A stretch of 64,000 nucleotides of DNA from Herbaspirillum frisingense (GTDB lineage: Bacteria; Pseudomonadota; Gammaproteobacteria; Burkholderiales; Burkholderiaceae_D): assembly GCA_009914615.1 (NCBI GenBank), contig WNDX01000002.1, positions 18,533-82,532 of the forward strand, read 5' to 3'. Of this stretch, positions 28,743 to 42,468 are shown piece by piece; positions within the stretch are counted from its first letter, which is position 1; each line of letters opens with the position of its first letter. The position numbers and the translations under genes are program-made. A model generated the notes under the pieces. It was not told where the DNA came from and did not search any database. It saw only the letters and a program-made list of their open reading frames with translations.

Positions 28743-30076
28743 TGGAAGCGAGCGAGTATCGTTGTCCGGCGCTCTTCATTTCGGCGCCCGCCTCGGGCCA
28801 CGGCAAGACCACCATCACGGCGGCGCTGGCGCGCTTGTACCGCCGCGACGGCAAGACGGTGCGGGTCTTCAAGACCGGCCCCGATTTCCTGGACCCGCTG
28901 GTGCTGGAGCAGGCTTCCGGCCACCCGGTGGTCAACCTCGATCTGTGGCTGGGCGGCGAAGACCATTGCCGCCGCCAGGTGGCGCTGGCCGCGCGCGAAG
29001 CCGACGTGGTGCTGGTCGAAGGCGTAATGGGTCTGTATGACGGCGAACCGAGCAGCGCCGACCTGGCGCAGTTGCTGGGCATTCCGGTGGTGGCGGTGAT
29101 CAATGCGCGCGGCATGGGCCAGACGGTCGGCGCGCTGGCCCAGGGCCTGATCGCCTATCGTCCCGAACTGCGCTTCGCCGGCGTGCTGGCCAATGGCGTG
29201 GCCAGCCCGCGCCATGCGCAGATGCTGCGCCAGGGGCTGCAGAACGCCAGACCCACCGTGCCGCTCTTGACCGGCTTGCAGCGCGACATGCAGTTCGCGC
29301 TGCCCGAGCGTCACCTGGGCCTGGTGGCCGCGCCCGAGATCGCCGACCTGGACGCCCGCCTGGACGCGGTCGCCGACCGCATGGCCAGCACCTCGCTGGC
29401 CAAGTTGCCGGAGCCGGTGGACTTCGGCGCGCCGCCGCCGGAGCGCGAGTTTCCCCGCCTGCTGGAAGGCAAGACCATCGCCGTGGCGCGCGACCTGGCG
29501 TTCTCCTTCATCTACACCGCCAACCTCGACCTGCTGCAACGCATGGGCGCGCAGCTAGCCTTCTTCTCGCCGCTGGCCGACGACGCGCTGCCCCCCTGCG
29601 ATGCGGTGTGGCTGCCGGGCGGCTATCCCGAGCTGTATTTGGAGACGCTGCAAGCCTCGGCCCGCACCCAGGCCGGCCTGTGCGCGCACGCCGACGCCGG
29701 CAAGCCGCTGTATGCGGAATGCGGCGGCATGCTCTACCTGCTGGAAACCATCGTCGATCAGGAAGGCCAGAGCGGCCGCATGTGCGGAGTGCTGCCGGGC
29801 CAGGCCACGGTGCAGCAGCGCCTGCAAGGGCTGGGCTATCAGACGCTGTCGCTGAACCTGCCGGGCGCCTTCGGCGAACACTTGCGCTGCCACACCTTCC
29901 ATTACTCGCGCGCGGTGGTCGGCGCGCAATTCATGGCGCGCGGCGAGCGGCTCTTCGATTCTTCCGAAGGCGAGGTGGTCTATCGTCGCAACAAGGTGAC
30001 GGCCAGCTACCTGCACGCCTACTTCCGTTCCGCGCCGCGTACCGTGGCCGCCCTGTTCGGAGGCGCCAACGCATGA
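28742..30076 (+). CDS. cobB: Cobyrinate a,c-diamide synthase
   Basis: ASGHGKTT, FKTGPDFLDP, VEGVMGLYDG, PGGYPEL and YAECGG motifs. Confidence 0.95.
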   Translation: MEASEYRCPALFISAPASGHGKTTITAALARLYRRDGKTVRVFKTGPDFLDPLVLEQASGHPVVNLDLWLGGEDHCRRQVALAAREADVVLVEGVMGLYDGEPSSADLAQLLGIPVVAVINARGMGQTVGALAQGLIAYRPELRFAGVLANGVASPRHAQMLRQGLQNARPTVPLLTGLQRDMQFALPERHLGLVAAPEIADLDARLDAVADRMASTSLAKLPEPVDFGAPPPEREFPRLLEGKTIAVARDLAFSFIYTANLDLLQRMGAQLAFFSPLADDALPPCDAVWLPGGYPELYLETLQASARTQAGLCAHADAGKPLYAECGGMLYLLETIVDQEGQSGRMCGVLPGQATVQQRLQGLGYQTLSLNLPGAFGEHLRCHTFHYSRAVVGAQFMARGERLFDSSEGEVVYRRNKVTASYLHAYFRSAPRTVAALFGGANA

Positions 30077-30744
30077 GTCAGGCGCAGCCGCATCGCTATG
30101 CGCAGGCCGAGATCGACGCGCTCTACCGCGCCATCCGCGAGCGGCGCGACATGCGCCATTTCCTGCCGGACGCGGTCGATCCGGCGCTGCTGGAACGCTT
30201 GCTGCAGGCCGCGCATCACGCGCCCAGCGTGGGTTTCATGCAGCCCTGGCGCTTCATCCGCATCCGCGATGCGCAACTGCGCGCCGCCATCCATGCGCTG
30301 GTCGAGCAGGAACGCGTGACCACGGCACAGGCGCTGGGCGAGCGCGAGGATGAATTCATGAAACTCAAGGTCGAGGGCATCCGCGACTGCGGCGAGCTGC
30401 TGGTGGCGGCGCTGATGGACGGGCGCGAACCGCATGTGTTTGGCCGCCGCACCCTGCCGCAGATGGATCTGGCCTCATTGGCCTGCGCGCTGCAGAACAT
30501 GTGGCTGGCGGCGCGTGCCGAAGGCCTGGGGATGGGCTGGGTCTCGCTGTTCGAACCGGCGGCGCTGGCGCGCCTGCTGGGCATGCCCACCGGCGCCGAG
30601 CCGGTGGCGGTGGTGTGCCTGGGGCATGTCCCGGCCTTCTATGACAAGCCCATGCTGGAGCAGCAGAACTGGGCCGTGCGTCAGCCGCTGGAGCAACTGA
30701 TATTCGAAGACCGCTGGCCGGGCGCGGAAAGAGAGGACGCATGA
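30073..30744 (+). CDS. bluB: 5,6-dimethylbenzimidazole synthase
   Basis: YRAIRERRDMRHF, APSVGFMQPWRF and GLGMGWVS motifs. Confidence 0.93.
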   Translation: MSQAQPHRYAQAEIDALYRAIRERRDMRHFLPDAVDPALLERLLQAAHHAPSVGFMQPWRFIRIRDAQLRAAIHALVEQERVTTAQALGEREDEFMKLKVEGIRDCGELLVAALMDGREPHVFGRRTLPQMDLASLACALQNMWLAARAEGLGMGWVSLFEPAALARLLGMPTGAEPVAVVCLGHVPAFYDKPMLEQQNWAVRQPLEQLIFEDRWPGAEREDA

Positions 30745-31346
30745 ACACCCACCAGGCGCGACGCAGCCTGATCTTCGGCGGCGCCCGCTCGGGCAAGAGC
30801 GCGCATGCCGAGAAACTGGCGCTGGCGGCCTTGCAGGCGGGCGCCGATGAAATCGTTTATATCGCCACCGCCGGCCGCGCCGCCAGCGCGGGCGACGCCG
30901 AGATGAGCGAGCGCATCGCCCATCACCGCCAGCGGCGCGACGCCCTGGGCGGCCAGTGGCGCACCGTGGAAGAACCGCTGGCGCTGGGCCAGGCGCTGCG
31001 CGCCAACAGCCGCGCCGGCAACGTGGTGCTGGTCGATTGCCTGACGGTGTGGCTATCCAATCTGCTGTTCGCGGAAGGCCATGACTTTCCCGAATTGGGG
31101 CCGATCACGCCGCCGGCCACTTTCACGCTGCAGCGCGTGGATTTCCTGCGCGCCTTGCAGGACGCCAGGGGCCAGGTGATCCTGGTGTCGAACGAAGTGG
31201 GCATGGGCATCGTGCCGCAGGGCGCGGTGTCGCGCTGGTTCGTGGATGAGGCCGGGCGATTGAATCAATCGGTGGCGGCCATCTGCGAGCGCGTGCAATG
31301 GGTGGCGGCCGGTTTGCCATTGACGTTCAAGGATGCGGCGTGCTGA
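30741..31346 (+). CDS. cobU: Bifunctional adenosylcobinamide kinase / guanylyltransferase
   Basis: [24 protein letters not shown] and [11 protein letters not shown] motifs. Confidence 0.95.
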   Translation: MNTHQARRSLIFGGARSGKSAHAEKLALAALQAGADEIVYIATAGRAASAGDAEMSERIAHHRQRRDALGGQWRTVEEPLALGQALRANSRAGNVVLVDCLTVWLSNLLFAEGHDFPELGPITPPATFTLQRVDFLRALQDARGQVILVSNEVGMGIVPQGAVSRWFVDEAGRLNQSVAAICERVQWVAAGLPLTFKDAAC

Positions 31347-32287
31347 GCGGCTTGTCCTGGCCCGCGCTGGCGTTGCTGATGACGGCCGGCATCGTGCTGG
31401 ATCTGCTGCTGGGAGAGGCGCGGCGCTGGCATCCGCTGGTAGGCTTCGGCCATCTCGCCAAGCGCATCGAAGGCGCGCTCAATCATGCTCCGGCGCTGCG
31501 CCTGCGCGGCGTGCTGGCGTGGATGCTGGCGGTGCTGCCCGGCGTGGCGCTGACGGCCTGGATCATCCATCTGGCGCCTTGGTGGCTGGCCGGCCTGCTG
31601 CATGCGGTGTTGCTGTATGTCTGCATCGGCCTGCGCAGCCTGCGCGACCACACCTTGCCGATCGCGCGCGCGCTGGCGCAGGGTGACCTGCCGGCCGCGC
31701 GCGTGTTGACTTCGTACATCGTCAGCCGCGATACGCGGCAGGCCGGCGAGGCCGATCTGGCCAAGGCCGGCGTCGAGTCGCTGCTGGAGAACGGCAACGA
31801 CGCGGTGTTCGGCACGCTGTTCTGGTTCCTGGTGGCCGGCGGCCCGGGCGCGGTGCTGTTTCGCCTGGCCAATACCCTGGATGCGATGTGGGGCTATCGC
31901 AATGACCGCTTCCTGCATTTCGGCTGGGCGGCGGCGCGCATCGACGATGCGCTGAACTGGATCCCGGCGCGCCTGACCGCGTGGTCCTATGCCTGGCTGG
32001 GCGATCGCGAACGTGCGCTGGCCTGCTGGAAAGAACAGGCGCCGGCCTGGAGCAGTCCCAACGCCGGCCCGGTGATGGCGGCCGGCGCCGGTGCGCTGGG
32101 CGTGCTGCTGGGCGGTGCGGCGGTGTACGACGGCGAAGTCGAGCAGCGCCCGCCGCTGGGCCGCGGCCAACCCGCGCAGGGCGCCGACATCGTGCGCGCC
32201 TGGCGGCTGGTGGCGATGAGCACGGCGCTGTGGCTGGCCGCCGTCTGCGCGCTGGCGCTGGTGTCGTTGGGAGTCTTCCATGCTTGA
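31340..32287 (+). CDS. cbiB: Adenosylcobinamide-phosphate synthase
   Basis: [28 protein letters not shown] and SPNAG motifs; GTG start inferred. Confidence 0.93.
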   Translation: MLSGLSWPALALLMTAGIVLDLLLGEARRWHPLVGFGHLAKRIEGALNHAPALRLRGVLAWMLAVLPGVALTAWIIHLAPWWLAGLLHAVLLYVCIGLRSLRDHTLPIARALAQGDLPAARVLTSYIVSRDTRQAGEADLAKAGVESLLENGNDAVFGTLFWFLVAGGPGAVLFRLANTLDAMWGYRNDRFLHFGWAAARIDDALNWIPARLTAWSYAWLGDRERALACWKEQAPAWSSPNAGPVMAAGAGALGVLLGGAAVYDGEVEQRPPLGRGQPAQGADIVRAWRLVAMSTALWLAAVCALALVSLGVFHA

Positions 32288-33296
32288 ACACGGTGGCAAT
32301 CTCAACGACGCCGCGCGGCACTACGGTCGCCCGCGCAGCGAGTGGCTAGACCTGTCCACCGGCATCAATCCGCTTCCTTATCCGGCGCCCGCGCCGGCGC
32401 CGGACGCCTGGCACCGCCTGCCGGAACCCTCGGACGACCTGGCGCGCGCCGCCTGCGCCTACTACGGCGCAGCGCGCATGCTGCCGGTGGCGGGCACGCA
32501 AGCGGCGATCCAGGCCTTGCCGCAGTTACGCCTGCGCCGCGACGGCCGTGCTGCGCGTGTGGTGGTGGCCGCGCCCATCTATGCCGAGCACGCGCATTGC
32601 TGGACGCGCGCCGGCCATGCGGTGCGCGAGGTGCCCTACGAGGCGCTGGACGCGGCCGTGCAGGGCGACTGCGAGGTGCTGGTGCTGTGCAATCCCAACA
32701 ATCCCACCGGCGCCATGGTCGCGCCGGAGCAGTTGCTGCGCTGGGCGCGGCAATTGGGCGCGCGCGGCGGCTGGCTGGTGGTCGATGAAGCCTTCGGCGA
32801 CACCGTGCGCGAATACAGCGTGGCCGCGCATGCCGGCGACGCCGGGGCGGATGGTTTGATCGTGCTGCGTTCCGTGGGCAAGTTCTTCGGCCTGGCCGGT
32901 TTGCGCCTGGGCTTCGTCGCCGCCGGGCCGACGCTGCTCGATGAGCTTGCCGACTGGCTGGGGCCGTGGACCGTCAGCGGCCCGGCGCAGCAGGTCGGTA
33001 TTGCCGCCTTGCGCGATGAACCATGGCAGCGCGCCACGCTGCAGCGCCTGCTGGCCGACGGTGAACGCCTGCGCGCCTTGCTGGCGCGGCAGGGCATGAC
33101 GACATCCGGCAGCGCGCTGTTCCAGTGGTGGCCGGAGCCGCGCGCGCAGGCCTTCCATGCAGCGATGGCGCGCCAGGGCGTGTGGGTACGCCTGTTCACG
33201 TGCGGCGCCGGCGGCATCCGCATCGGCCTGCCGCCTGACGAGGACGGCTGGCGCCGGCTGGCGCTAGCCTTGCAGGCATGGAGCGCGCATGGCTGA
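32280..33296 (+). CDS. cobD: Threonine-phosphate decarboxylase (PLP-dependent)
   Basis: [27 protein letters not shown] and [15 protein letters not shown] motifs. Confidence 0.92.
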   Translation: MLEHGGNLNDAARHYGRPRSEWLDLSTGINPLPYPAPAPAPDAWHRLPEPSDDLARAACAYYGAARMLPVAGTQAAIQALPQLRLRRDGRAARVVVAAPIYAEHAHCWTRAGHAVREVPYEALDAAVQGDCEVLVLCNPNNPTGAMVAPEQLLRWARQLGARGGWLVVDEAFGDTVREYSVAAHAGDAGADGLIVLRSVGKFFGLAGLRLGFVAAGPTLLDELADWLGPWTVSGPAQQVGIAALRDEPWQRATLQRLLADGERLRALLARQGMTTSGSALFQWWPEPRAQAFHAAMARQGVWVRLFTCGAGGIRIGLPPDEDGWRRLALALQAWSAHG

Positions 33297-34755
33297 TTTT
33301 CCCTTCCATACCCTGATGATCCAGGGCACCACCTCGGACGCCGGCAAGAGCACGCTGGGCGCGGCGCTGTGCCGCCTGCTCCGGCGCGACGGCATCGCGG
33401 TGGCGCCGTTCAAGCCGCAGAACATGGCGTTGAACAGCGCGGTCACCGCCGATGGCGGCGAGATCGGCCGGGCCCAGGCCTTGCAGGCCCAGGCCGCCGG
33501 CATCGCGCCGCATACCGACATGAACCCGGTGCTGCTCAAGCCCTCCAGCGATACCGGCGCCCAGGTCATCGTGCACGGCAAGGTGCGCGCCGACATGAAC
33601 GCGCGCGACTATCACCGCTACAAGACCGAGGCCATGCAAGCCGTGCTGGCTTCCTATGGCCGCCTGCGCGCGCAATATCGGAGCATCATCGTCGAGGGCG
33701 CCGGCAGCCCGGCCGAGATCAACCTGCGGGCGCGCGACATCGCCAACATGGGCTTTGCCGAGGCGGTCGATTGCCCGGTCATCATCGTGGCCGACATCGA
33801 CCGCGGCGGCGTGTTCGCGCATTTGACCGGCACGCTGGATTGTCTCTCCGAGAGCGAGCGCGCGCGCGTGATCGGTTTCGTCATCAACCGTTTCCGCGGC
33901 GACATCAGCCTGTTGCAGCCCGGCCTGGACTGGCTGGAACAACGCACCGGCAAGCCGGTGCTGGCGGTGCTGCCTTACCTGCACGGCCTGCACCTGGACG
34001 CGGAAGACGCCATCGCCGCGACGCAGAGCGCGCGCGGCGAGTTCCGCGTGGTGGTGCCGGTGCTGCCGCGCATCAGCAACCATACCGACTTCGATGCGCT
34101 GCGCGCGCATCCCGATGTCGATCTGCGCTTCGTCGGGCCGGGCCAGCCGATTCCACCGGCCGACCTGATCATCCTGCCCGGCAGCAAGAACACCCGCGGC
34201 GACATGGCCTGGCTGGCGCAGCACGGCTGGCCCGATGCCATCCGCAAGCATCTGCGCTACGGCGGCAAGCTGATCGGCATCTGCGGCGGCTTCCAGATGC
34301 TGGGCGAGGGCGTGGACGACCCGCACGGCGTGGAAGGCGCGCCTGGCAGCAGCGAGGGATTGGGCCTGCTGGCCATGCGTACCGAGCTGACGCGTGACAA
34401 GCGCCTGCTGCAAGTGGCCGGCCATTGCCATTTCGGCGTCGGCGCCGCCGCGGTCAGCGGTTATGAGATTCACATGGGCGTCTCCGCCGGCGCGGCGCTG
34501 GAGCGTCCCGCCTTCATCATCGAGGGGCGCGGCGAAGGCGCGCAATCCGCGGACGGGCAGATACTGGGCAGTTACCTGCACGGCATGTTCGACACCCCGC
34601 AGGCGTTTGCCGCGCTGCTCGCGTGGGCGGGGCTGGACGGGGTGGAGGCGGTGGATCTGGACGCCTTGCGCGAGGCCAGCCTGGAGCGGCTGGCGGATGC
34701 GACGCAACCCTTGTATGAGGCCTTGAAGAAGGTGGAGTCGCGCTTCGGCGGATAA
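33289..34755 (+). CDS. cobQ: Cobyric acid synthase
   Basis: [37 protein letters not shown] and [10 protein letters not shown] motifs. Confidence 0.97.
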   Translation: MADFPFHTLMIQGTTSDAGKSTLGAALCRLLRRDGIAVAPFKPQNMALNSAVTADGGEIGRAQALQAQAAGIAPHTDMNPVLLKPSSDTGAQVIVHGKVRADMNARDYHRYKTEAMQAVLASYGRLRAQYRSIIVEGAGSPAEINLRARDIANMGFAEAVDCPVIIVADIDRGGVFAHLTGTLDCLSESERARVIGFVINRFRGDISLLQPGLDWLEQRTGKPVLAVLPYLHGLHLDAEDAIAATQSARGEFRVVVPVLPRISNHTDFDALRAHPDVDLRFVGPGQPIPPADLIILPGSKNTRGDMAWLAQHGWPDAIRKHLRYGGKLIGICGGFQMLGEGVDDPHGVEGAPGSSEGLGLLAMRTELTRDKRLLQVAGHCHFGVGAAAVSGYEIHMGVSAGAALERPAFIIEGRGEGAQSADGQILGSYLHGMFDTPQAFAALLAWAGLDGVEAVDLDALREASLERLADATQPLYEALKKVESRFGG

Positions 34756-34781
34756 AGAAAGTCCCGGCGCGGGGCCGGGAC
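34754..34781 (-). terminator. Probable terminator between the cob operon and the convergent kinase/regulator unit
   Basis: gtcccggc/gccgggac stem preceded by aaagaaa (T-rich on the minus strand). Confidence 0.55.
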
Positions 34782-34801
34782 GGTGGGCGATGGCGGGACG
34801 C

Positions 34802-34999
34802 TCAGTTGAGCGCTTCCTTGGCCGCTTCTTCCGGTGTAAGACCGTCGTAGAACATGTCGGTGAACCATTCCACCTGTTCCTCGATGTGCTCCTGGGCCTG
34901 GTCCAGCGTGGCGCCGCCCTTGACCAGGAACTGTTCGACCTCGGTGCACCATTGAATCAGCGCTTCGGTCTCCGGATCCAGCTTTTCTTTCTTGGGCAT
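34802..34999 (-). CDS. Small acidic hypothetical protein (65 aa)
   Basis: RBS AAGGA; MPKKEKLDPETEALIQWCTEVEQFL...GLTPEEAAKEALN. Confidence 0.7.
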   Translation of the reverse strand: MPKKEKLDPETEALIQWCTEVEQFLVKGGATLDQAQEHIEEQVEWFTDMFYDGLTPEEAAKEALN

Positions 35000-35088
35000 G
35001 ATATTTCCTTGCTTCGGTGATGACTTGCGAGACTGCCTTGCAAGGATATGCCAAAGAGCGCGAGCGCGTGGAAATATCTCTGCCCGCG

Positions 35089-36049
35089 CTATTGCAGCAA
35101 TCCCCCGGCGCCCGCCGCGGCCACGCTGCTGGCCAGCACCGCCGCGGCCGAGCGGGTTTCCACGCCCAGTTTCACGAAGATGTGTTCCAGGTGCTTGTTG
35201 ACCGTGCGCGGGCTCATGCCGAGGATGTCGGCGATATCGCGGTTGGTCTTGCCCTTGCCCAGCCAGAGCAGCACGTCGCTTTCGCGCGGCGTCAGGCGCA
35301 GGCCTTCGAAGGAGGGCGGGACGGCCGCATCGTCGCCGGCCGCCGGCGCGGTAACCGCCGTCTGTTTTTCTTCCAGCAACAGCGTGATGCCATGTCCTTG
35401 CCCGGGGCCGGACATGGCGATGCTCAATTCGCAACCGTCGCGCGCCACCACCAGCGGCGCCACATCGCCGCCGTCGCCCTGGCGCCGGCGCACCAGGCTT
35501 TCGTTGAGCCAGGCTTGCAGCGGCGCCGGCAATTTGGCGGCGCCGGACGCACTGCCCGCGCCGAAATATTTCTCCAGCCACAAGGATGCCTTGCTGGTCT
35601 GCCACAGCGGCAGGCCGTGACCGCCGAACACGATCACGGCGTGCGCCGCATGCTCCAGCACGCCGCGCGTCTGCGACATCATGCGCGCCGTGCGGATGTG
35701 GGCGCCCACGCGCGCCACCACTTCTTGCGGGCGGATCGGCTTGGTGACGTAGTCGATGCCGCCGACCTCGAAGCCGCGCACCACGTGCTCGGTTTCGGAC
35801 AGGCCGGTCATGAACACCACCGGCACATGGTTGACGCTCTTGATCAGCTTGATGCGGCGGCAGGTCTCGAAGCCATCGATGCCGGGCATCATGGCATCCA
35901 GCAGGATCAGGTCGGGCGTGATGTAGTCCAGCCGCTCCAGCGCGCTCATGCCGTCGGTGGCGACCAGCACGATGTGGCCGCTTTCATCGAGGGAATCGGA
36001 CAGCATGGCCAGGTTGTCGGGCATGTCGTCCACGATGAGGACCACATGC

Positions 36050-36072
<23 letters not shown>
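35089..36072 (-). CDS. Response regulator (REC domain, linker, LuxR/NarL HTH)
   Basis: LIVDD, LLDAMMPGIDG and TKPI; C-terminal LTPRESDVL...KTNRDIADILGMSPRTVNKHL. Confidence 0.93.
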
Positions 36073-39460
<3,388 letters not shown>

Positions 39461-39617
39461 ATTTTGCTCGCGTTCGGGTGGGCGGCCGGCGGCCGTGCAC
39501 GGGGCGGCTTCACGCCGTCGCGCGGGATCCTGCATGCGGCGCGACAACATGGCCGGCCGGGCACGGCCGTCGGCGCTCAATGAAAGCAATTTTCAAACCA
39601 ATCCGCGGGCGTGGGCA

Positions 39618-39633
39618 TACGTCAAATGACGTA
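39618..39633. promoter_or_regulatory. 7-2-7 palindromic operator, copy 1
   Basis: TACGTCA-AA-TGACGTA, a perfect inverted repeat. Confidence 0.7.
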
Positions 39634-39791
39634 GGTCGCGCGGCCGTTTTTGCCGCTTTTCACCAAAACGCGGCACGCCCGAAGCCGACGGATTCCTGAG
39701 CGGCGGGAGACGCGGCCGGGCCACGCACCAATACCATGCCGCGCGCGGGCGAAAGCTGTGCATCGGCGGAACGCCCGCCTGCGCGGGGTTT

Positions 39792-39807
39792 TACGTCAAA
39801 CGACGTA
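39792..39807. promoter_or_regulatory. 7-2-7 palindromic operator, copy 2
   Basis: TACGTCA-AA-CGACGTA (one mismatch to copy 1), abutting a putative -35 box. Confidence 0.7.
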
Positions 39808-39836
39808 TTGTTGCGCCGCACCGCCAATCCTATTCT
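39808..39836 (+). promoter_or_regulatory. Putative sigma70 promoter of urtA
   Basis: TTGTTG-N17-TATTCT. Confidence 0.45.
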
Positions 39837-40004
39837 TCGTCCCAGAACGAACGGCGGGGAGGTCCCGGCGGGCATGAGGGGAAAGACTCGCATGCACGCA
39901 TGCCGCGGCCCGGCGCCTCCCGGCGTCGTTCGTTCCGGCCCCCGGGCCGGCAACCGCCACGATCGCCTCCAATAACGTCCAACAATGCCCGAAAGGAGTA
40001 CCGC

Positions 40005-41261
40005 ATGTCGCACCGTTCCTCGTCCCGCCCTCCCATATCCCGGCGGCGCAAGATCCTGATGGGCCTGGCCGCCGGTGCGGCAGCCGCGGCGCTTCCCGGC
40101 CTGGCCATGGCGCAGCAGTTCCCGACCGCCAAGGTCAACACCACCAAGCTGGCCATCACCGACACCGAAGTCACCGTCGGCCAGTTGCACTCGGCCACCG
40201 GCACCATGGCCATCAGCGAAACCGGTTCGATCCAGGCCGAGCGCCTGGCCATCGACCAGATCAACTCCATGGGCGGCATCCTCGGCCGCAAGATCAAGAT
40301 CATCCAGGAAGACGGCGCCAGCGACTGGCCCACCTTCGCCGAAAAGGCCAAGAAGCTGCTGGAAAACGACCGCGTGGCGGCCGTCTTCGGCTGCTGGACC
40401 TCGGCTTCGCGCAAGGCGGTGCTGCCGGTGTTCGAGAAGGACAACGGCTTGCTGTACTACCCGACCTTCTATGAAGGCCTGGAACAATCCAAGAACGTGT
40501 TCTACACGGGCCAGGAGGCGACGCAACAGGTGTTGGCAGGTCTGAACTGGGTGGCCAAGGAAAAGAAGGCCAAGACCTTCTTCCTGGTCGGTTCGGACTA
40601 CATCTGGCCGCGCACCTCCAACAAGATCGCCCGCAAGCACATCGAAAACGTGCTCAAGGGTTCGGTGGTGGGCGAGGAGTACTACCCGCTGGGCAACACC
40701 CAGTTCGGTTCGCTGATCAACAAGATCAAGCTGAAGAAGCCCGACGTGATCTTCGCCGACGTGGTCGGCGGCAGCAACGTGGCTTTCTACAAGCAGTTGA
40801 AGGCGGCCGGCGTCACCGCCAAGACCCAGAATCTGCTGACCATCTCGGTGACCGAGGATGAAATGCTGGGCATCGGCGGCGAGAACGTGGAAGGCTTCTT
40901 CGCCTCGATGAAGTATTTCCAGAGCCTGGACAACGCCAACAACAAGAAATTCGTGGCCGAATTCAAGGCCAAGTTCGGCGCCAATTCGGTGATCGGCGAC
41001 GTCACCCAGGCGGCTTACCTCGGCCCCTGGCTGTGGAAGGCGGCGGTCGAGAAGGCCGGCAGCTTCGACGTTGACAAGGTAGTCGCCGCTTCGCCCGGCA
41101 TCGAGCTGAAGACCGCGCCGGAAGGCTACGTCAAGGTGCACGAGAACCACCACCTGTGGAGCAAGACCCGCATCGGCGAGGCGCAGAAGGACGGCCAGTT
41201 CAAGGTCATCTACGAGTCCGATCTGATCGAGCCGAATCCTTTCCCCAAGGGCTATCAATAA
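40005..41261 (+). CDS. urtA: Urea/short-chain amide ABC substrate-binding protein (UrtA/FmdD family), probable Tat signal
   Basis: SRRRKIL signal; HSATGTMAISE, EDGASDWPTFA, GCWTSASRK, YPTFYEG and GSDYIWPR motifs. Confidence 0.93.
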   Translation: MSHRSSSRPPISRRRKILMGLAAGAAAAALPGLAMAQQFPTAKVNTTKLAITDTEVTVGQLHSATGTMAISETGSIQAERLAIDQINSMGGILGRKIKIIQEDGASDWPTFAEKAKKLLENDRVAAVFGCWTSASRKAVLPVFEKDNGLLYYPTFYEGLEQSKNVFYTGQEATQQVLAGLNWVAKEKKAKTFFLVGSDYIWPRTSNKIARKHIENVLKGSVVGEEYYPLGNTQFGSLINKIKLKKPDVIFADVVGGSNVAFYKQLKAAGVTAKTQNLLTISVTEDEMLGIGGENVEGFFASMKYFQSLDNANNKKFVAEFKAKFGANSVIGDVTQAAYLGPWLWKAAVEKAGSFDVDKVVAASPGIELKTAPEGYVKVHENHHLWSKTRIGEAQKDGQFKVIYESDLIEPNPFPKGYQ

Positions 41262-41342
41262 GCCTGTACGGCCACGGCGTCGTCAAGTCTTGCCGGTGGC
41301 GTTCTTTCTCCCGGCCTGTGCGGCCGGGCGACGAACGGCACC

Positions 41343-41368
41343 GGATCCCGGTCAGCGCCGGGATGACG
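41343..41368 (-). repeat. CGTC-type REP-like palindrome
   Basis: Minus strand CGTCATCCCGGCGCTGACCGGGATCC. Confidence 0.6.
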
Positions 41369-41507
41369 GAGATGGCGCCGCGGCCGTCGATCCGAGCAGC
41401 AAAGCGGCGGCGCCTGTTGTGACATGCGGGCGCCGTCGCCCCACGGCTTGCCGGCGCGCGCGTCGGCGTTTTCGCTCCATCCTTCATCGCCCACGGCGGG
41501 AGTCAAC

Positions 41508-42425
41508 ATGGTTTCTCTATCCGAATTCGGCGCCATCTTCGCCATGCAGGGCTTCAACGGCCTGTCGGTGTTCTGCGTGCTGCTGCTCATGGCGCTGGGG
41601 CTGGCCATCATTTTCGGGCAGATGGGCGTGATCAACATGGCGCATGGCGAGTTCCTCACCATCGGCGCCTACATCACTTATCTGCTGTCGCATCTGACCA
41701 CCACCTATGCACCCAGCCTGCAGCCGTTCTACTTCTTCGGCGCGGTGGTGTTGTCCTTCCTGGTGGCCTACGGGATCGGCTACCTGACCGAACTGCTGCT
41801 GATCAGCCGCCTCTACAAGCGCCCGCTGGACACGCTGCTGGCCACCTGGGGCCTGTCGCTGGCGATGCAGCAGACGTTCCGCTCCATCTTCGGCGCCAAG
41901 GAAGTCAGCGCCACCTTGCCGGACTGGCTGCTGGGCTCGTTCAAGCCCACCGATGCCATCGACATTCCCATCAACGGCCTGTTCATGATGGGCCTGACGG
42001 TGCTGCTGACCGGCGCCATCTTCGTGCTGCTGTTCCGTTCGCGCTGGGGGCTGCAGGTACGCGCCACCATGCAGAACCGGGTGATGAGCGGCGCGGTCGG
42101 CATCAATACCCGCAAGGTCGATCGCACCACCTTCGTCCTGGGCTGCGGCGTGGCGGGCGTGGCCGGGGCGGCGTTCACCACCATCGGCTCGACCGGTCCC
42201 ACCAGCGGCTCGCTGTACATCGTCGATACCTTCCTGGTGGTGGTGTTCGGCGGCGCCCAGAGCCTGATCGGCACCATCGCCTCGGCGTTCTCGATCGCCC
42301 AGACCCAGTCCACCGCCGAATTCTTCCTGACCGGATCGATGGCCAAGGTGCTCACGCTGTCGGCGGTGATCCTGATCCTGATGCTGCGTCCGCAGGGCCT
42401 GTTCTCGGCCAAGGTGCGCAAGTGA
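41508..42425 (+). CDS. urtB: Urea/amide ABC permease
   Basis: GLAIIFGQMGVINMAHGEF, RPLDTLLATWG and LRPQGLF motifs. Confidence 0.93.
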   Translation: MVSLSEFGAIFAMQGFNGLSVFCVLLLMALGLAIIFGQMGVINMAHGEFLTIGAYITYLLSHLTTTYAPSLQPFYFFGAVVLSFLVAYGIGYLTELLLISRLYKRPLDTLLATWGLSLAMQQTFRSIFGAKEVSATLPDWLLGSFKPTDAIDIPINGLFMMGLTVLLTGAIFVLLFRSRWGLQVRATMQNRVMSGAVGINTRKVDRTTFVLGCGVAGVAGAAFTTIGSTGPTSGSLYIVDTFLVVVFGGAQSLIGTIASAFSIAQTQSTAEFFLTGSMAKVLTLSAVILILMLRPQGLFSAKVRK

Positions 42426-42468
42426 TGCGGGCCGGCCTTTCCCGACTCTCCCTTCGCGAGGTTCCACG

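Noticed and set aside
39724-39742. NtrC-like site CGCACCAATACCATGCC upstream of urtA
   Set aside because: Only a partial match in GC-rich DNA, and no sigma54 -24/-12 element nearby.
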